A stretch of 64,000 nt of DNA from assembly GCA_043228905.1 (NCBI GenBank), contig JBHGNT010000011.1, positions 8,122,001 to 8,186,000 on the forward strand, given 5' to 3'. Of the stretch, positions 1-13,000 are shown in pieces. Every line of letters starts with the position of its first letter. The stretch's first letter is position 1. Source of the stretch: Azolla caroliniana. Taxonomy: Eukaryota; Plantae; Polypodiophyta. The position numbers were made by a program, and so were the translations under genes. The notes below the pieces were generated by a model that was not told where the DNA came from, ran no database searches, and saw only the letters and a list, made by a program, of their open reading frames with translations.

Positions 1-667
1 TTGACCAAACCGATTAGATGGAGTTGAAAATCATAATATATTATATAGCTCTAGGTAATTATGATTAGAGAGTATAACTCAAGAAACTAAGAAAAAAGAT
101 AGAGAAAGCGAGCAAGAAATAAGAATGTTCTGATATTCCAACATCAAGAGAATACAAAGGAGACAAACTCCACATTAAAACCAAAGACCTTCCTCTTCTA
201 AGACACTTCTTCCTAACACTCCTCATCCACTCTTTGGTCTTCACTCTTCGCCTCCTTCTCTTCGCCCCCTTCTCACTCATATTACTTCTTCTTTTATAAC
301 CTTCCTCTTCTTATCCACGTTCATGCTATTTTTAGAAGCTTTTTATCTCCCTATTTTTAGCTATGACACATCAACCTTCTAATCGTCATATCTCCCTCAT
401 CCGATATCCAAATTAAGCGATTTAAAAAGCTATAGAAAGCTCTTTTTACAAGCTTTCTAATCCATATTTAAACGTGATATTTGGATAAACAACGAGGGAG
501 TTATGACCATTCTATTTTTACTGTTTTTTATAGTCTGCGTTTTCTCTTTTTACTTTTCTCTTGGTCTCGTACTTTTACTTTTGACTTCTTCCCTAAGGTC
601 TTAGTTCGTGTTCTTATCCTCAAAAGGTGAATTATCTATACTTTATATTCTCCTAATGTTCAATGGC

Positions 668-1809
668 TTAGATTCTAAAAACACTTTCACACCTGCCTTC
701 TCTGGCTAGCGGCCCCTCATCATTGCTTTCCGCCGTTCGTGTTAGTGCATGCTCAATCATTTGTTGTTCCGCGTGCTCCTCGGCCATCCGTTGTGAGACT
801 TTTATTTGTTGTGTCGCCAAAAATTCCATGAGTTCGTAAGTAGTTCCGAACTGTAGCAGTGTGTCGAACTCATGGCTTGTGTCCGGAATGTCCAGATACT
901 TTAGGACCTCTCTTTCCATCGTAAACACACATTTCCCCCGCTGTGACTGGGCCGTAATGATCAGTCGTGGTTCTCGGATTATTTCGAAAGTGGTGTTGGG
1001 CTCCGTAGTTGTGGAACTGTCGACCAAGGCGGTTGTCTTTGTGGCCGTGGTTGTGTCTTTAACTAATCCGCGCCATTTCGTCATTTCATCCTCGGGCTTT
1101 CCTGGCGTTGCTTGGCTTCCTGCACTTGCGGAGCTTCCTCCCTACTCTCCGGCCGTTCTCCCTGTGATGTCCGCGTGTTGGGTTGGGAAGATTGGGGTTC
1201 ATCCTCCCATTCCGTGGTAGCCAACTCCGCTAACCTCTATTTCACGAAACGTGGCGGCGGCGTGTGTTTGCTGGGTTGTGGTGTGGGCAGACCTCGGGGT
1301 GGAAATAGTATCGTTAGATACTGTTGTATGATTGGCCTTAACTTTTTGCCGCCTTGATACGCGTGAAGGCCATCCCGTAACGTTGGTCCCGTAATTACCC
1401 CCCAATCGACCGTGCGCCCTTCAAAGGTATCAATGATGATGCCTGCCTTCTGCTTTGGCATCCCATAGGCATTTACATGCACGCATTCTACCTCCAACAA
1501 GAACTTGGCTATTTCGTGAAAGAAGGGGTCAGGGATTTCCTTCGTCCTGTATGCTTTGGCGGATGTCGAATATGCCCCGAAATATCTCTGCAAGGTTTCC
1601 GCAGGAGGGATGTCGAAATGTCTTTCTCCAAGCGATGACAGGTCAAGCTTCTTCCAGATGGATGTGTTGGTGACCGTGTTTATATTGAGTTTCCTGGCAA
1701 TGTCCAAGGCTTTAGGGTGAGCAGGTGCCTCGGCAACTTTGATGTATCCATCCAGTCGCTTTTCGACGAGCCATCTACGCAAGGCGGCAGAAATAGGGAT
1801 CGACATCGT
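668..1809 (-). pseudogene. Retrotransposon 3' accessory ORF (frameshifted), homologous to the accessory ORF of element B; probably belongs to element A
   Basis: ORF 1237-1899 (LQRYFGAYSTSAKAYRT...MPKQKAGIIIDTFEGRTVDW...QYLTILFPP) aligns by eye with ORF 15749-16630 (LIRYFGEYSLASKGYRT...MPQNRAGMIITTYEGIKVDW...QWLTLLVPP). It is on the same strand as, and downstream of, the element A integrase. Confidence 0.7.
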
Positions 1810-1865
1810 AGGTGGGTGAGACTTGTGGGTAGTGTTAGTGGGTGAGGTATTGTAAAAGAATACGT

Positions 1866-2160
1866 TGTGCGGAAGCGTGTGCGAAAACACAGAGTACACA
1901 GTTTGGAGGAATAAGACAATTCAATAAAATGCAGAGATGGAGATGGAGATGGAGAGAGAGAGAGAGAGAGCAGATAACAGAAAACTCAGATTCAAAATAA
2001 TGACACTCTATTCTGTGTACATACTTCGTGCTCACTGAGCACCTTATATACAAGCCCTGACAATTGGGCTGACACAAGTACTGACAGTACTTGACGCTCA
2101 TAAATGAGCCGCGACACTCACTCTCAAAATTATTCCTTACGAGGAATAACGCTCTAACGG
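1866..2160 (-). repeat. Probable partial LTR (possibly the 3' LTR of the adjacent Copia fragment)
   Basis: Minus strand shows TATATAA (~2043-2049), a (TC)n tract and an end ...CTTCCGCACA. No partner copy in the window. Confidence 0.35.
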
Positions 2161-2164
2161 CCTC

Positions 2165-3181
2165 CTCGGATCAGACACCTCTACCTGCAGATCTCATAAT
2201 AGCCGTTTCAGCCAAATGACTTCGCATGTAGCGAGAGCATAGTTCCTAATATTCGCGTACGTCCAATTTACTGGACGTACGCGAACGTTTGCAAATGTAC
2301 GCGTATGATACGCGATATTCGTTTGGCTTTTTTGTTTTTTTTTGACTTTTTTTGGGTTTTTTTAATTTTTGATATTCATAATATTTTGTGAATAGAAGTG
2401 ACATCTAACACACACACACTCTCTCTCTCTCTCTCACGAGAACTGACAGATTTTCTCTCTCTACAAAATCTAGATATCTAATATACATATTACATACTCC
2501 CTCACACAGACAAAACCCATAGCTCCTCTCTCTCTCTCTCTCTAGAGTCTAGATATACACTCAATCACTGTCTCCTCACACATGCAAAACAGGGCTTCTC
2601 TCTCTCTCTCTCTCTAGAGTCTAGATATACACTCAATCACTGTCTCCTCACACATGCAAAACAGGGCTTCTCTCTCTAGACCACACACGCTCTCTCTCTC
2701 TCTCTCTCCCCCTCACACACACACACACACACTATGTACACCATATACACCGTATGTATATATAATATATTTATGTACCGCGTATGGATTTCAATCATAC
2801 TTGGAGCCTTTTCACGTATGAGTATGATACGAATATTGGCGTTTGAGTATGACACGAACGGGACGTATGGCTAGAACTATGAGCGAGAGTCGCCCCTCGA
2901 TATTCGGCCTCTGTGCTCGACAGTGCCAGTGTTGGCTACTTTTTGCTGCTCCACGCGATCACCGCACTTCCTAACGAGAAGGCGTATCTGGATGTAGATC
3001 GACGATCACTGGCGTTTTCGGCCCAATTGGCATCTGTGTAACCGAATAACTGTTCGGCTACGCCTGTTCGATATAGCAATGCCATGTCTTTCATGCTGCT
3101 GACATATCGCAATATCTGTTGCGCGCATTGAAAGTGTTCGGCCGTAGGCTGCGACATGAATTGACTGATTAAGCCGACCGG
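2165..3181 (-). pseudogene. Ty1/Copia RT C-terminus/RNase H fragment, split by a MITE
   Basis: GYTDANWA...DRRSTS...IAWSSKK, then STEAEYRGATLA|TCEVIWLKRLL, which is continuous across the 2238-2881 insertion. Confidence 0.85.
2238..2881. mobile_element. Non-autonomous hAT-type DNA transposon (MITE)
   Basis: Termini CATAGTTC...GAACTATG. Perfect 8-bp TSD AGCGAGAG (2230-2237, 2882-2889). CGTA-rich subterminal motifs, internal CT/CA microsatellites and a ~68-bp tandem duplication. Confidence 0.85.
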
Positions 3182-3420
3182 TGTCGAAGTGTAATTCGCA
3201 CACTACGTGAAAATTACATTTTTGTCCCTTCGGATGGAATCAGCAAGGTGGAATCGGTAAGGGGGAATTGATAAGAACCAGATCAAGCAGAACCGGCAAG
3301 AGCCGGATAAAGAAGGGCGGTGAGAATCTCTCACCAGATGAAGAGACAAATTTGTAAATAGAAGAAAAGATTGTTACATGCAAAGGGCAGGATTCGAACC
3401 ATGTACCTCCATGTTAACAA
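3182..3420 (+). repeat. Truncated LTR (U3 end) related to the element G LTR
   Basis: Begins TGTCGAAGTGTAATTCGCACACTACGTGAAAA versus the G LTR start TGTCGTAGTGTATTTCGTACACTACGTGAAAA. Also shares an AGGGCARGATTCGAACC-TGTACCTCCA block. Confidence 0.7.
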
Positions 3421-3424
3421 TTTT

Positions 3425-6400
3425 TAAGAAAGCCCATAATGTCACTTGGAGTTTGGTGCTCCAATCAGACCGCGAGGCGACAATTATCTTTGTGAGCACT
3501 GCGCATAACACCTTATTCGTGCTTTCTGCTTGTCTGTTGCACCGATAGTAATAAGGGGAACTTTTGCGGTGTGTCACCATAAATTCACCTAGTAGATATG
3601 CTATCACATCATTGAGGAAATGGGAGCCTTGATCGCTAATGATCTTGAGCGGACATCCAAACCATGAATGACATTTTCGTATAGGAACTTGGCGGTGCTA
3701 CGTGCGTCGGCATTAACGCAAGCTTTAGATTCCACCCACTTGGCAGTTATTATGTATTGATTGAGGTTGAAAGTTGGGTTGATTGGGCTGATAAAATCGA
3801 TACCCCATTTCTCGAACAGTTGCCATGCCACCACCAGGTTTAATGTGTTGAAATCCGCTTTTAGCGGAGGTTTGAAACGTTGGCACTCATCACATCGGCG
3901 TACATAATCGTATGTGTCTTTGAAGAGTGTTGGCCACCATAGGCTGGACTGGAGGATCTTGCGTGCGGTGACCTCGTGATTGAAATGGCCGCTGCCGCTT
4001 CCGCAATGAGCTTGTTCGAGGACGGCTACAATGTCATGGTCCGTTATACACCTCCGAAGTACATCATCGTTACCTCTTCGGTACAAGTTGCCTTTGAGCA
4101 TCATGAAGGGGCCACATTTCCTTAACAAGACATGCGCATGTGCCTAGCTTAGTTGTTTTAGGAAGGACGCCGCTTCGGTTAAGACGCAAACGATGTCTGA
4201 TGCCCATGCTGGTACGGTGTCGATCGTGAATAATGTTGCATCTAGTGTTTCATCGTCGACTCCAGTGGCTTCTTCTCTGTTTGGTATTCAGGAGAAATGA
4301 TCGGCGAGGCGAGTACATGGTCTTTTCCTTTTCTCACCACCACCCTGAAGTTGAACTCAAGTAACGTTACGATCCTTCGTGATATGCGTCTTGTGGCGTG
4401 AGTTTTGTTTACCAAGTAGAAGAGGGCTTGATGATCTACAAAAAATGAGAAACGGGATGCCAAGAGGTAATGTCGGAATTTTTTCACGCTATAAACCATG
4501 GCCAAAGCTTCTCATTCCATCGTGGAGTAATTTCGTTCCATGGCGTTCAGTTGACGACTAGCGAAGGTGATCGGTAGGTCGAGTGCCCCTTTGCCAGGTT
4601 GAGCTAGCACTGCACCAATCGCGAAGGCGGAAGCATCGGTGTGAACATGGAATTCCTTGGTCCAGTCTGGGGATTGGAGGATGGGGGCCTTAGTTAGTTA
4701 GGCACTCTTTTAAGAGCTTGAACGAGTGGGTGCACTCTTCCGTCCAAGTGTACTGCTTTAGCAAGGTGTAGAGTGGTCTGGCCTTGTTTGCGAACATCTT
4801 AATGAAGCATTTATAGTAACCAGTGTATCCCATGAACCCTTGTAGTTGTTTCTCGTTCACGGGGGGTGGCATGTCGAGGATGAGTTTTACTTTTGCCTCA
4901 TCAGTCGAGATCCCATGTCGGGACATAACATGACCTAATATCAGTCTGTGTTTGACCCAGAATTGACATTTGAGTGGGTTGAGGGAGAGTTCATAGGCCC
5001 TGCATTTTTCGAACGTCAAGCGGAGTAGCGCCAGGTTGTCATGCCATTTCAAATGGCAACATAAATCGTCGACATAGGATTCCACCCCTTGTCGTAACCT
5101 TGCCGCGAAGATATGGTCTACCGCCCTTTGATAGGTGCTCAGGGCACTAGTGAGCCTGAAAGGCATCTGCTTATGCGCGAACGTACCAAATTCAGTGGCG
5201 AAGGCCGTCTTGTGTTGATCCTCGGGCACCAACGAGATTTGGTTGTACCCCGAGAACCCGTCGATGAAGCTATACGCTTCGGCTCTCGCGATTCTTTCGA
5301 GTAAGTGCTCGATGTAGGGTACCGGGTAGTTGTCCTTGATGGTGGCTTCGCTGACTTGGCGGTAGTCTACACATATGCGGATTTGGCTATTTTTCTTCGG
5401 GACGACTACAATCGGGGAGATCCAAGTGGTTCATTTGATCGGGTAGATGATGCCCACGTCTAACATTTTGTTGATTTCGGCTTTTACTTGTTGGGCGTAG
5501 TTAAGGTTCATTGGGCGCGGCCTTTGTCGGATTGGGCAGGTGTCGGCTCGCATGGGGATGTTGTGGGTGACGACCTCGGCCGGAACACCTTTCATATCTA
5601 TGCACGACCATGCCAATACGTCGCTAAATTCCGTGAGGAGAGTGATCAAGGACGACTCCTCCGACTGGAGATCTGTGGCTATGAACACTAGTTTGGGATC
5701 CACCCCCTTTCCGAGGTTAATTTCTTTAACCCTCGCCGGTCCATCTCATACCTCACCTAGGCTTTGAGGGGTGCGTTGTGGTCTCTTACAAGCCACTGCC
5801 CTATTCCCTTGTTCATAAAGTTTGAATTGCTCCGGGAAGTCCACCTCTGTCGAGGTCTTCCAAGTGGTCACAACCTCATCTTGACATGTGCTTCGTTGTG
5901 CTAGGTCTTCGTCTTTTATATCTACTTTTTTTCACCGGGGTACGAGGGTGGTGACATTAAAGCAAGAGATTGTGTCTCCATCCTCGTCGCGACACTTTGT
6001 ACTAATGGGATACATTGCGTCAGTCGTGGCAAGAGCGTGCACCCAATTCATCTCTGACGTATCGGAAACTACAGATTGGTCTTCTCTTTCTCTTGCATTC
6101 TCCACCTTAGGATTGGCGGATTTTTGGGGGAACGGTTGACCCCTAGCCAAGATTTGAACTGTCTTTGTGGAGTTGCATGCTAGGAGGTTGGTCTCGAACT
6201 CGGTGGTTTCTGACCAATCGTCCACGAGAGAGTTGCCTTCTTGTTCATGCACTTTTTGTGTGTATGCTTTGATGCGGAAGGTTTTGTAGTTTTTACACAT
6301 ATAGATTGTATCATTCCCAAAATCCAATACCAGGCGGCTGACATGTAGGAATGGTCTTCCTAATAAGCACTCTGAGGCCACATGATTGGATGATCTTGTG

Positions 6401-8894
6401 ACGACAAAGGTGAGATTGAACTCGACTCCGTGGATAGTGAAGTGATGTGCAGGGATCATGTCTTCTGGCCATTGGATGGACCCATCTGCCATTCGTAGTT
6501 TGACATCTAAAGGAAGCATTTTTGGGCTTCCCCACTTACACCAACATTCATAGCTGACTATACTTACCCCTGCTCCGGTGTCAATGATTGCATCACACGT
6601 CGTACCGTTGACGCAGACGGGTAGAGTGAAACTAGTATCGTCGCTCTTGAAGTGAGCTTCACATATATCGACCGGTGTTCCTTTGGCTTGTTTGAGGACT
6701 GTGGACGTATGAGGAATGTGGGTGTGTATCTTTTCCCCATAACCTGCTGATAGGCCTCCATTGAGGTGGCAAAGGACATCGTGTCATGGTTGGATGTCGA
6801 GTTTGAGTAGTTCTTCCAGCGTGAACTCTATTTCCTTGGCGAGTATAGGTCGCAATTGGGGGTTGTTGGCCATGAAGGTGCCGGTGTAGCTCTGTACTTC
6901 GTGTAATGTGAGTCGTAATCTTAAATTTAATATTTGATGGAGCAAGGCTGTGTTGACCTCTTTGACCGGGGTAGAATGGCAGGTGGGGGTGTCGGTTGAT
7001 GTTATGACGAGGGGAGGTGTATCCATGTGTTGGGGTGGGGGGTTTACCCATTCTTCGAGTTGGTCAAAGTTTAAGCTCGGGAGACTAAGTGATTTTTCGA
7101 ACTGTTCATGGAGTATGAGTTTAATGTACTCTTTTCGACCTTTTGTTTTTCAGCCACTAGGTTTGGGTATGCTGCTAAGTGTGCCGGTAGCTTTTGGTTA
7201 GGGTTGACTTGTATTGTTTCTACGTCTCTCTCCGATTCTTGATCTTGCTTTGAGGCCTGCGTGGATGCATTTTTTCTAGATTTTCGTCTCTTATGCGTAG
7301 CAATGGGGAGGCCTTGATCTTGATATTTTAAGTTATGAGCTACTCTTTGAGCTCGTGTGATGACAATGGTGCCCACCGTTGATGGTACGATAGATAATAG
7401 ATTTGCGCCAATCCTTTTATTTTTTTCTGGGCAATCAGGTACTAAATGTTCCTTACCACACCCTGGGCATGTTGCTTCTCCTTGGAACCACTCGATAAGG
7501 TCATGTGGCTGTTAGGTGAGATTTTGCACCGGTGGTTGTGGGGGTGTTTTGAGTGAGGGGTGTCGTGGTTGTTGCGCCATCCGGTTGTAGTATTGATGTT
7601 TGGTTGGGCACTCGCTAACCATATGTGGGCCTTGGCAATTGAAACATTTCAATTCTGACCTCCTTGGGCCATTATTGTTGCGATATCCCATCGACGGCCC
7701 CCGGTGTTCTCCTCTCAAGACGTACACTGGTATTTGGTCGCCTTCGAAGTCTACAAAGTGGAACACCTCTTCTTCAACACCATACTCTCGGTAGGAGTCT
7801 TCGTATTCGGGAGTGCTCCCTCCGACCTAGGTTTGGTTATCAGTGGTATATTTTAGTTCGGCGAGGTGAGTGCCGATACGCAGTAGTGGGGGTTGTTGGG
7901 GAAGTATTGCTGGTAGTTGTGGGCGACTAAGCGGTGGAGGTGAGTGTGGGTGCTCCACCATTGGTGTTTGGCTATACCTTCCATTTGGGGCTTGCCATCA
8001 ATTCTCTTGAGAATGCATCACGAAAGCTTTGCACCACTTACAGTATTGCAGCCGTCGTTCGTGGAGGAAGGGGCACTCATGCCCCGTGTGATGGCCATGG
8101 CATACTATACACCTTACGTTTTCTCTTTGGGTGTAAGCTTAGGGTCTTTCTATACGGGGTGGTCTCAGTGGCATGGGTGGAGTGGGGTCCGAGGGCTTCT
8201 CACGGTTGTTCATAGGCGCTTGAGTGGGTATTCATAACCCACTCATTGAATCCTCGAAGGTCATCACTACCGTGCAAGCTTCAGCGAACGACCGACACAT
8301 CCTGGCAATCAGGAAATTTTGGAGCGTCGGATCGAACAACCCATTGATGAAGCGGTTCATCAATTTGTCATTCGACATCTTGTCGCTCGGGCTACAACGA
8401 TGGTGCAGGCTTTTCGTGCGGCGTATGTAATCCCTGACCATCTCGTTCGCTTCTTGCTTGAGGGCGAAATGTTGGTCGATCGGCTTCCATTTATTCCCTC
8501 GACGAGCGAAGTTTATCAAGAAATCTTCGATGACATACTCAAAGTCCGCAACGATGTCCTCATTCAAGGTTCTAAGCCAAATTCCGACTTGGTCATCGAG
8601 TGTAAGTCCAAATGCGGCTACTTTGGTGGTCTCTGTGAGGGGTTCATAAGCACGACAAATCTGTTTGAACCTCTTGACATGATCATAGGCATCACCGAAA
8701 CCGAGAAAACGGGGTACTAGTTTAGAAATGGAAGCACTCTTCCCGTTGTTGTTTGTAGGGTTTCTCAAATGGTCTGTGGGTGCTCGCTCTTTTTCCATCA
8801 ATGCCACGAGGGTTTGGATGGATTGTAACGCTAGTGTGAGTTTAGTGTTTGGGGGTGTCGAGGCAGTTTGGTCGGGTGTAGGGGTTGTGTCCAT
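3425..8894 (-). pseudogene. gag-pol of element A (many stops and frameshifts)
   Basis: Gag ORF 8232-8894; CCHC knuckles CFNCQGPHMVSEC and CPGCGKEHLVPDC; protease IIDTGAG (~6570-6595); RT KTAFATEFG...YVDD; RNase H VHTDAS; integrase HCG..GHF...CDEC, KWGIDF. Confidence 0.9.
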
Positions 8895-9359
8895 ACGTGG
8901 TGGTGTCAGGTGTCATTGCGTGTGGGCTTCGTTTGGACTGTCGCTCATTGTGCTCGAATGCAGCGCGGGGCTACGCTCACAACCTCGATGGTGTGTATGT
9001 GATGATGCTTCTAGGAGGTGAAGTTTTTGTTGCACTCATGCGAATCTGTCGTTCCGTTCTGCCAAATCGGCTTCGATATCTCGGGTGACGCTTTCCAGTT
9101 GTCCTCCTTTCACGAGTTGTATCGTCCATATATTGATTTCTTATTCTATCACCCGTAACTCCTGCATGGCATCCCGTATGTGTTGCTCTACCCTGAGCGG
9201 GTCTGCCATTGGGCTCTCCTATATTGGGGGTGTGTTGAGAGGTGCTTTCGTTGCTGGGATTGATCGGAAGTTCATGTTTGGTCGCATCCCCAGAGTTAAC
9301 CACCCTCCGTGATATCGAGTCGGGTTAGATGGGTTAGCATTGTGTGTTTGGTTGGTTTG

Positions 9360-9793
9360 TGTTACCGGTCGGAAAAGGAGTCCAGAGTGGGAAATGGAGA
9401 GCTAATTAAGTAGTAGGAATGTGGTTGTAATTAAGCTATGAGTGTGGACGGACGGACCGGAAACGGTATGCCGTTCCGGATCCGGACCGATCCCGAACAG
9501 GTGCGGATGGCACCGTTTTGTAATACAGACCGGAAACCTATTTAAAGGCCTGGATACAATGTAATAGTTAGCTGTTAATTAATGAAAGCTTAAGTGTTGC
9601 TATCTCTGTGTTAATTGTCGTTCTGTCTTAATTGTTATATCTTACGCGTGTGTTACGAAAGACGATCATAATGAGTAACTTAATGAAGTCGGACTAAGCG
9701 TTGAAGTCTAATCCGGTTGCCGTAACACCCTTTGGTGAAGTGTCTCCCGTAGACACCCTGTGTTAGGCCATTGTCCGGCCCGAAGAGTTAACA
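9360..9793 (+). repeat. Element B 5' LTR
   Basis: Direct repeat of 25153-25586 with about 11 substitutions by eye, mostly transitions. TATA-like TATTTAAA at ~9539. Confidence 0.95.
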
Positions 9794-10076
9794 CAGTTTT
9801 TTCGACCACGATTCCTGTTTTTGCAGCGAACGACGGCACAGATGGATGTCTAGATCAACGCACGACCTTGTTACAGATCGAACTCGACGCCTTGCCGAAA
9901 GGCAAAGGAGACGCGAGGCTTTTCAGCAAGCGGCGTAGGAAATTAGAGCGGATCGCTCGTTTTCCAACGTAATCCGGAGAGTAGCGGAGGACTCCCTCTG
10001 GTTACAGCAAACATCGCACCCGGACGACGGCAACAGCCTAAGCAGCCTCCGGGAAACCGAATCCCTTCTCCACGCG

Positions 10077-13000
10077 TTGGCAAACGGAGAAGGCGAAGCA
10101 GAAGCCTTTTCAGCATATGAATCGGACTCCGAAGGGGAATACAGCGTGCACACGAACTACCGTAGCAGCAACGAAACCCCGGGCAGACCGGAGGATGAAG
10201 GATCGGATACTTTACCGACACCGGAACCAGAAGTGCTAACGCTGGAACCCTCGGAACCAACAGAAGAAGAACGACCTCCGACACCGGAAGTCAAAGAGGA
10301 GAGGCCTCCGTCACCAAAGGACAAGGAAAAACAACCGACACCGGAAACAAATCGGGAAAGACCACCGACGCCGGGGAAAATTCCGGAACGAGCACCAACA
10401 CTACCAGCCCACGCACCAATACCGGACGACGACATGCCGTTCCAGTACTCCAAGTATAGAGATGATCCGGACGCGGAAGCTCATGTGCACGCCTTTGAAC
10501 AGACATGGGAAGCCAACCATGTGTCCCATCGATTGACCCCGAAGGAAGAAGAACGCTCTAAGATAGCGGAATTTGGCGTCACATTGGAGGGACTGGCAGC
10601 AAGATGGCGCCGGACGCAGGACCCGGCTACCATCAACACCTTTGCAGATATAAAAGCTAAATTCTTGCATTTTTGTCAAAAGGAGGTGGACCATACCGTA
10701 ATGGTAGGCTTTTTTTATACCATCCGGCAAGAGGCAGGGGAGAGCATTCCCCAATTTGTCATCCGGTTTCAACGGATGCATAGTCAGCTTGCCCGCACAC
10801 CCCCGGAAGAGGAATTACGGACTATATTCCTAAACGCGCTCCGGGAACCCCTACGCACGGTTTGCACGGTAATCGACTTCCGCACAAGTACCATCGACCA
10901 GGTCATTGACCGGGTGAGAGAGATGGAAAAGACAAGCTCCTGGCTCACACTGGGAGCACTTCAACGGGCGTTACCGTCCGATGAAGACCTCCGGTTTCGG
11001 CAAGCAATACAATGCACAACCTGCTTAAATTCCGGACACTCGGCTCTAGAATGCACTATGAGGACGCAATGTGTAATCTGTCAATCCAAGAGCCATACGA
11101 CGGATAGGTGCGAGTATAATCTGTTGAACCGGCAAGCACCGCCCGTCCGACAAATTGAGCCACGCAGCAGCCGGGATGAAGAAGACGAACGCTGGCGGCG
11201 AATGGACCATGACTGACCGGCACAGGATGTCCGGTATGGCGATCGACGGGAAAATGATGTCCGGTACGACGATCGGCGGGATAACTATGACCGGCATGAT
11301 CAGTACCAGGATTACAATAGACGATACGAACATTACGACCGGGAGCACTCCCCCGGGTATCGTCAGCAACGGGAGGAATACGGCAGATATAACGGGCAAC
11401 CCCGTCAAGAGTACCGTAATAAGAAGAGCTATAACAAAAAACGACATTTCAAAAAAGGCAGCTACCCCCGGGATCCGGAACAAGGAGCTCCAAGCAGCCA
11501 ACCGGTACAAAACCCCGCGCGTACCGCAGGACCTGCCCCAGGTACAACAGACAATGCCGAATCTAGCAATACCCGGAAGGCCTACTGCTACTACTGCCGA
11601 CAGGAAGGCCATTATAGTAACCAATGCCCGGTGAAGAGCTATGAAAAACGACTGGCGGTAAATATGGTAGTCCCTGAGGTGGCAGATCTGCAGCAAGTGA
11701 CCACAAGGTCGAAGGGCATGGCCAAAGAATGGGAGACACAGGAGACCATCCGGAAACAAGCAACGGAATGGGTAAAGAAAGCAAACGAGCAGAATGTCAC
11801 AGACTTACAGCGGCAAAAGGAGAACACCGCAGGGCTTGCCGGCGGTAATCACTCCGAGAACGAGATATGGCAGGCGTTGCAAGAATTCCAGATTACGTTA
11901 CCACTAGGAAGACTCCTACAACTCGTGCCAAGATTCACGGAAGGACTGAAGACGGCCATGATGGCAGGAGAACCATCACCGGCACCGGTACTCTTCTCGA
12001 ATCCGGAGGAGGGACCAACGGTGGTGGACACCAGCAGTTCGGTAATCACTGCCATTGTAAAAGGGAAAGAACTCCCCGGCACAGTTATAGACGGAGGCTC
12101 TGGGGTGAATGTAATAAGCCTCTGGATGTGTGATGACCTAGGAATCCACGAGTGGGAGCCGTGTCCATTCTGGTTGCGGATGGCCGATACAAGCTCAGTG
12201 CGGCCGACAGGATTAATACGGAAATTAGAAGTCACCGTCGGCGGTCATACATTTCACATGTCGGCCGTAGTGCTACAATTACAGGCACAAGGCACATACC
12301 CGCTATTGCTGGGGCGGCCATGGTTGAAAACGGCACATATCAAACAGAATTGGCGAAAAAATATAATTACCTTCCGGCGAGGAAAAGCCAAGGTACGGGT
12401 ACCAACACAGCCAAGGACGAGCACTGGCAAGGAATGTACACCGTAGTATGCGAAATGCGTCAACATGCTAGAAGGGTTAGCGGACGAAGAAGAAGCTCAA
12501 TACCTGTAGGATAACCTGAAGATCATACCCCTCTTCGAAATTGACATTGCCGAAGCAGTAGCACCATACTTACTGCAATCGGAAGAGGCTGAAGCAGAAC
12601 CGGATAAAGACGCAATCCGGGAGTTACGCCAAGTGCAGGAAGCGTTGGAACGGGAAATGGCCGTTTCACAGCGCGTGAAAGCGTCGCAACTGGAAGAGGT
12701 GAACCTAGGCACCACGGACGAAGCAAAACCGGTGCACATCGCCAAGGAGATGAAGTTCGAAGACAAAACGGCGATGATAACACTTCTAACGGAATTTCGC
12801 GATGTGTTCGCCTGGTCATACGAAGACATGCGAGGACTCGACCCTCAATTATACCAGCATCAAGTGCACTTGAGCAAGGACGCAAAACCAGTGGCACAAA
12901 GACGGTACCGGATGAATCCCAATTATGCCGCCAAGGTCAAGGAGGAAATCGACAAACTGCGACATGGCTGAGCCCGATCGTAGTCGTACCGAAGAAGAAC

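Noticed and set aside
1-667. ORF 65-280 and the AT-rich left end
   Set aside because: The ORF is short and low in complexity. The region is probably a decayed repeat but cannot be assigned.
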